Of a stretch of 64,000 nt of DNA, positions 62,085-64,000 are shown piece by piece (within the stretch, counting starts at the first letter, position 1; each line of letters opens with the position of its first letter). The DNA is from Acanthaster planci (lineage: Eukaryota), in assembly GCF_001949145.1 (NCBI RefSeq), contig NW_019091361.1, positions 4,150,164 through 4,214,163 on the forward strand. Direction: 5' to 3'. The notes beneath the pieces are model-generated. The model saw only the letters and a program-made list of their open reading frames with translations, made no database searches and was not told the origin of the DNA. Both the position numbers and the translations under genes were made by a program.

Positions 62085-64000
62085 ATGGCGGCAGATAATA
62101 TTGTCATCAAACAGGAAGTGACGGACGCCATGAACCTGGAGGAACGGTGAGATGAGGAAAAAGATATGTGTGATTACCCCACAGTTCGGGGGTACCGAAC
62201 GATACGGTTATTTCTGTACCGGTCACGCAGGCCAAGACATGCAAGGTACAGTCCACTAATTCAAGCCCCATTGAAAACAGTGTAAAATCAGCACCGTTCA
62301 GGGCCCAATAGCATGCACGCCAACATCCCTGAGATTTCTGAAACACAAATGAAATTCTTGTCTGGTCATTTATCTTTCAATTTCTTTTCAATTGTCTANN
62401 NNNNNNNNNNNNNNNNNNNNNNNNNNNNNNNNNNNNNNNNNNNNNNNNNNNNNNNNNNNNNNNNNNNNNNNNNNNNNNNNNNNNNNNNNNNNNNNNNNNN
62501 NNNNNNNNNNNNNNNNNNNNNNNNNNNNNNNNNNNNNNNNNNNNNNNNNNNNNNNNNNNNNNNNNNNNNNNNNNNNNNNNNNNNNNNNNNNNNNNNNNNN
62601 NNNNNNNNNNNNNNNNNNNNNNNNNNNNNNNNNNNNNNNNNNNNNNNNNNNNNNNNNNNNNNNNNNNNNNNNNNNNNNNNNNNNNNNNNNNNNNNNNNNN
62701 NNNNNNNNNNNNNNNNNNNNNNNNNNNNNNNNNNNNNNNNNNNNNNNNNNNNNNNNNNNNNNNNNNNNNNNNNNNNNNNNNNNNNNNNNNNNNNNNNNNN
62801 NNNNNNNNNNNNNNNNNNAACTTCGCCCACGCTGTGCATATCCAACTAAATGCACCACCGAGGCACGTACATGTACCTTAGCTTCACTGATAAAAGTTGA
62901 AAGTTGCTTCATCAATTACAGACATAAACAACTGTATCGATTCTAGGCTACAAATTGTAATTCACTTTGCTGAGCTGATGAGGTTTGATCATTTGATCAA
63001 ATATTAAGAGCGATTTGTCCAGAAATTTATTCCTTCGTGTGTCATAAGTTGGCAATGGCAGTACAGAAACTTTGGTACGGTGAAACAGCGCCCTCTGGAA
63101 ATTGAAATTGCTGCACTGACAACCTCCCTCCACCAATACACATACATGTTTCATTCATCATACATATACTCTCTCCATGAACATTACAATTCTGCTAGTA
63201 TAACACTTACTTGTTAAAATGCTGTGATACTCAAAATTTTCAACTTTTATAAATGAAATTATGGTATGTGCCTCGGTGGTGCATTCTGTCGGATATGTAC
63301 ATGTACAGTGTGGGCAAAGTGGTGCATGGGCGAAGTGGCAAATGGGTGAAGTGGCAAATGGGTGAAGTGGCAAATGGGTGAAGTGGCAAATGGGCGAAGG
63401 GGTAAATGGGCAAAGGGGTAAATGGGTGAAGTGGCAAATAGGCGAAGTGACTGTAAAACTGCAAAGCATAGTACTAGTAGGCTTAGTCATGTTGATTGTG
63501 ATGTGGACTGTCCTTCTCCATCATGGTTTGGGTGTTTGTCACAGTGTCAGCTAACTGTCACGACTGTGGCCTGATCAGGGCTGACTGCGTAGTCCACAGC
63601 AGTTCGTGTAACTTGAATCCTACGAATATTTTTTAACATTTGGACATGTAGGGCCTAGACCTACATGTACACGTATGGTAGGGCTACTCAGACTACTTCA
63701 ATTCTTTGGGTTAGAGTCCCATGCCAACACACAATCTAGGACAGTTTATTGCCTGCAAATGGCTGATAGGTCACTGCAGGGAAAAATGGGTGGCGGCTGT
63801 ATGTATGGAATTCTTTCCAGCCTGTATTAAATTGGCAGACGCATTCTGCTGTACAGGGGACACTTCAAACCATTTAGACTAGTCTGAGTTGGTCTCAGTG
63901 TTTACATAGATCCAGCTCATCTAATTAAACAGGATGTGTCTTACGCATCTCTCCTTCCTGGTTTCTTCCCCTCTTCTCAGTATTTTAGAGATGTGCAAGG
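62085..64000 (+). CDS. POLR3F: Probable RNA polymerase III subunit RPC6 (POLR3F), first two coding exons; gene continues past the window
   Basis: Exon 62085-62146 (MAADNIVIKQEVTDAMNLEE+CG|GTGAGA) joins in phase to an exon starting at 63981 after a strong polypyrimidine CAG, giving ...MNLEERILEMCK. This resembles the RPC6 N-terminus (..VEIENRIxELC). Only about 27 aa are visible. Confidence 0.7.
62399..62818. other. Assembly gap (420 N)
   Basis: Run of N characters. Confidence 0.99.
63325..63452. repeat. 16-bp tandem repeat (GAAGTGGCAAATGGGT)n, forming the outer part of an inverted-repeat element
   Basis: About 7 copies of gaagtggcaaatggg(t/c). Confidence 0.88.

Noticed and set aside
62313..62946. 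Long ORFs spanning the N run
   Set aside because: Artefacts of translating the assembly gap.

Overview
Eukaryotic, intron-rich animal DNA. The repeat content and gene families suggest a marine invertebrate, possibly a deuterostome such as an echinoderm (inference). I reconstructed four spliced genes by hand from GT-AG boundaries and reading-frame phase. (1) The 3' part of a WGR + regulatory + catalytic PARP on +, with 11 exons (367-10156), an intact H-Y-E triad and an acidic tail; it resembles the invertebrate PME-5/'tankyrase-like' type. (2) A 13-exon DUF229 (alkaline-phosphatase/sulfatase superfamily) type II membrane protein gene on + (19805-47587). (3) A complete KAT5/Tip60 MYST acetyltransferase on - (61733-51674). 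(4) The first two coding exons of a probable POLR3F on +, head-to-head with KAT5 across about 350 bp. Introns and intergenic DNA hold many transposon relics: a non-LTR element with a 2A-like motif, PHD finger and APE endonuclease, a decayed RecQ-like helicase, a possible Crypton fragment, piggyBac-, hAT- and Tc1/mariner-like MITEs and a SINE. There are also several tandem repeats and a 420-N assembly gap. Most ORFs in the supplied track are spurious. No CRISPR array, rRNA or intact tRNA was seen, and I found no clearly novel multi-gene system. The most interesting signals are the 2A-like retroelement, the PARP tail and some splice-site architecture.
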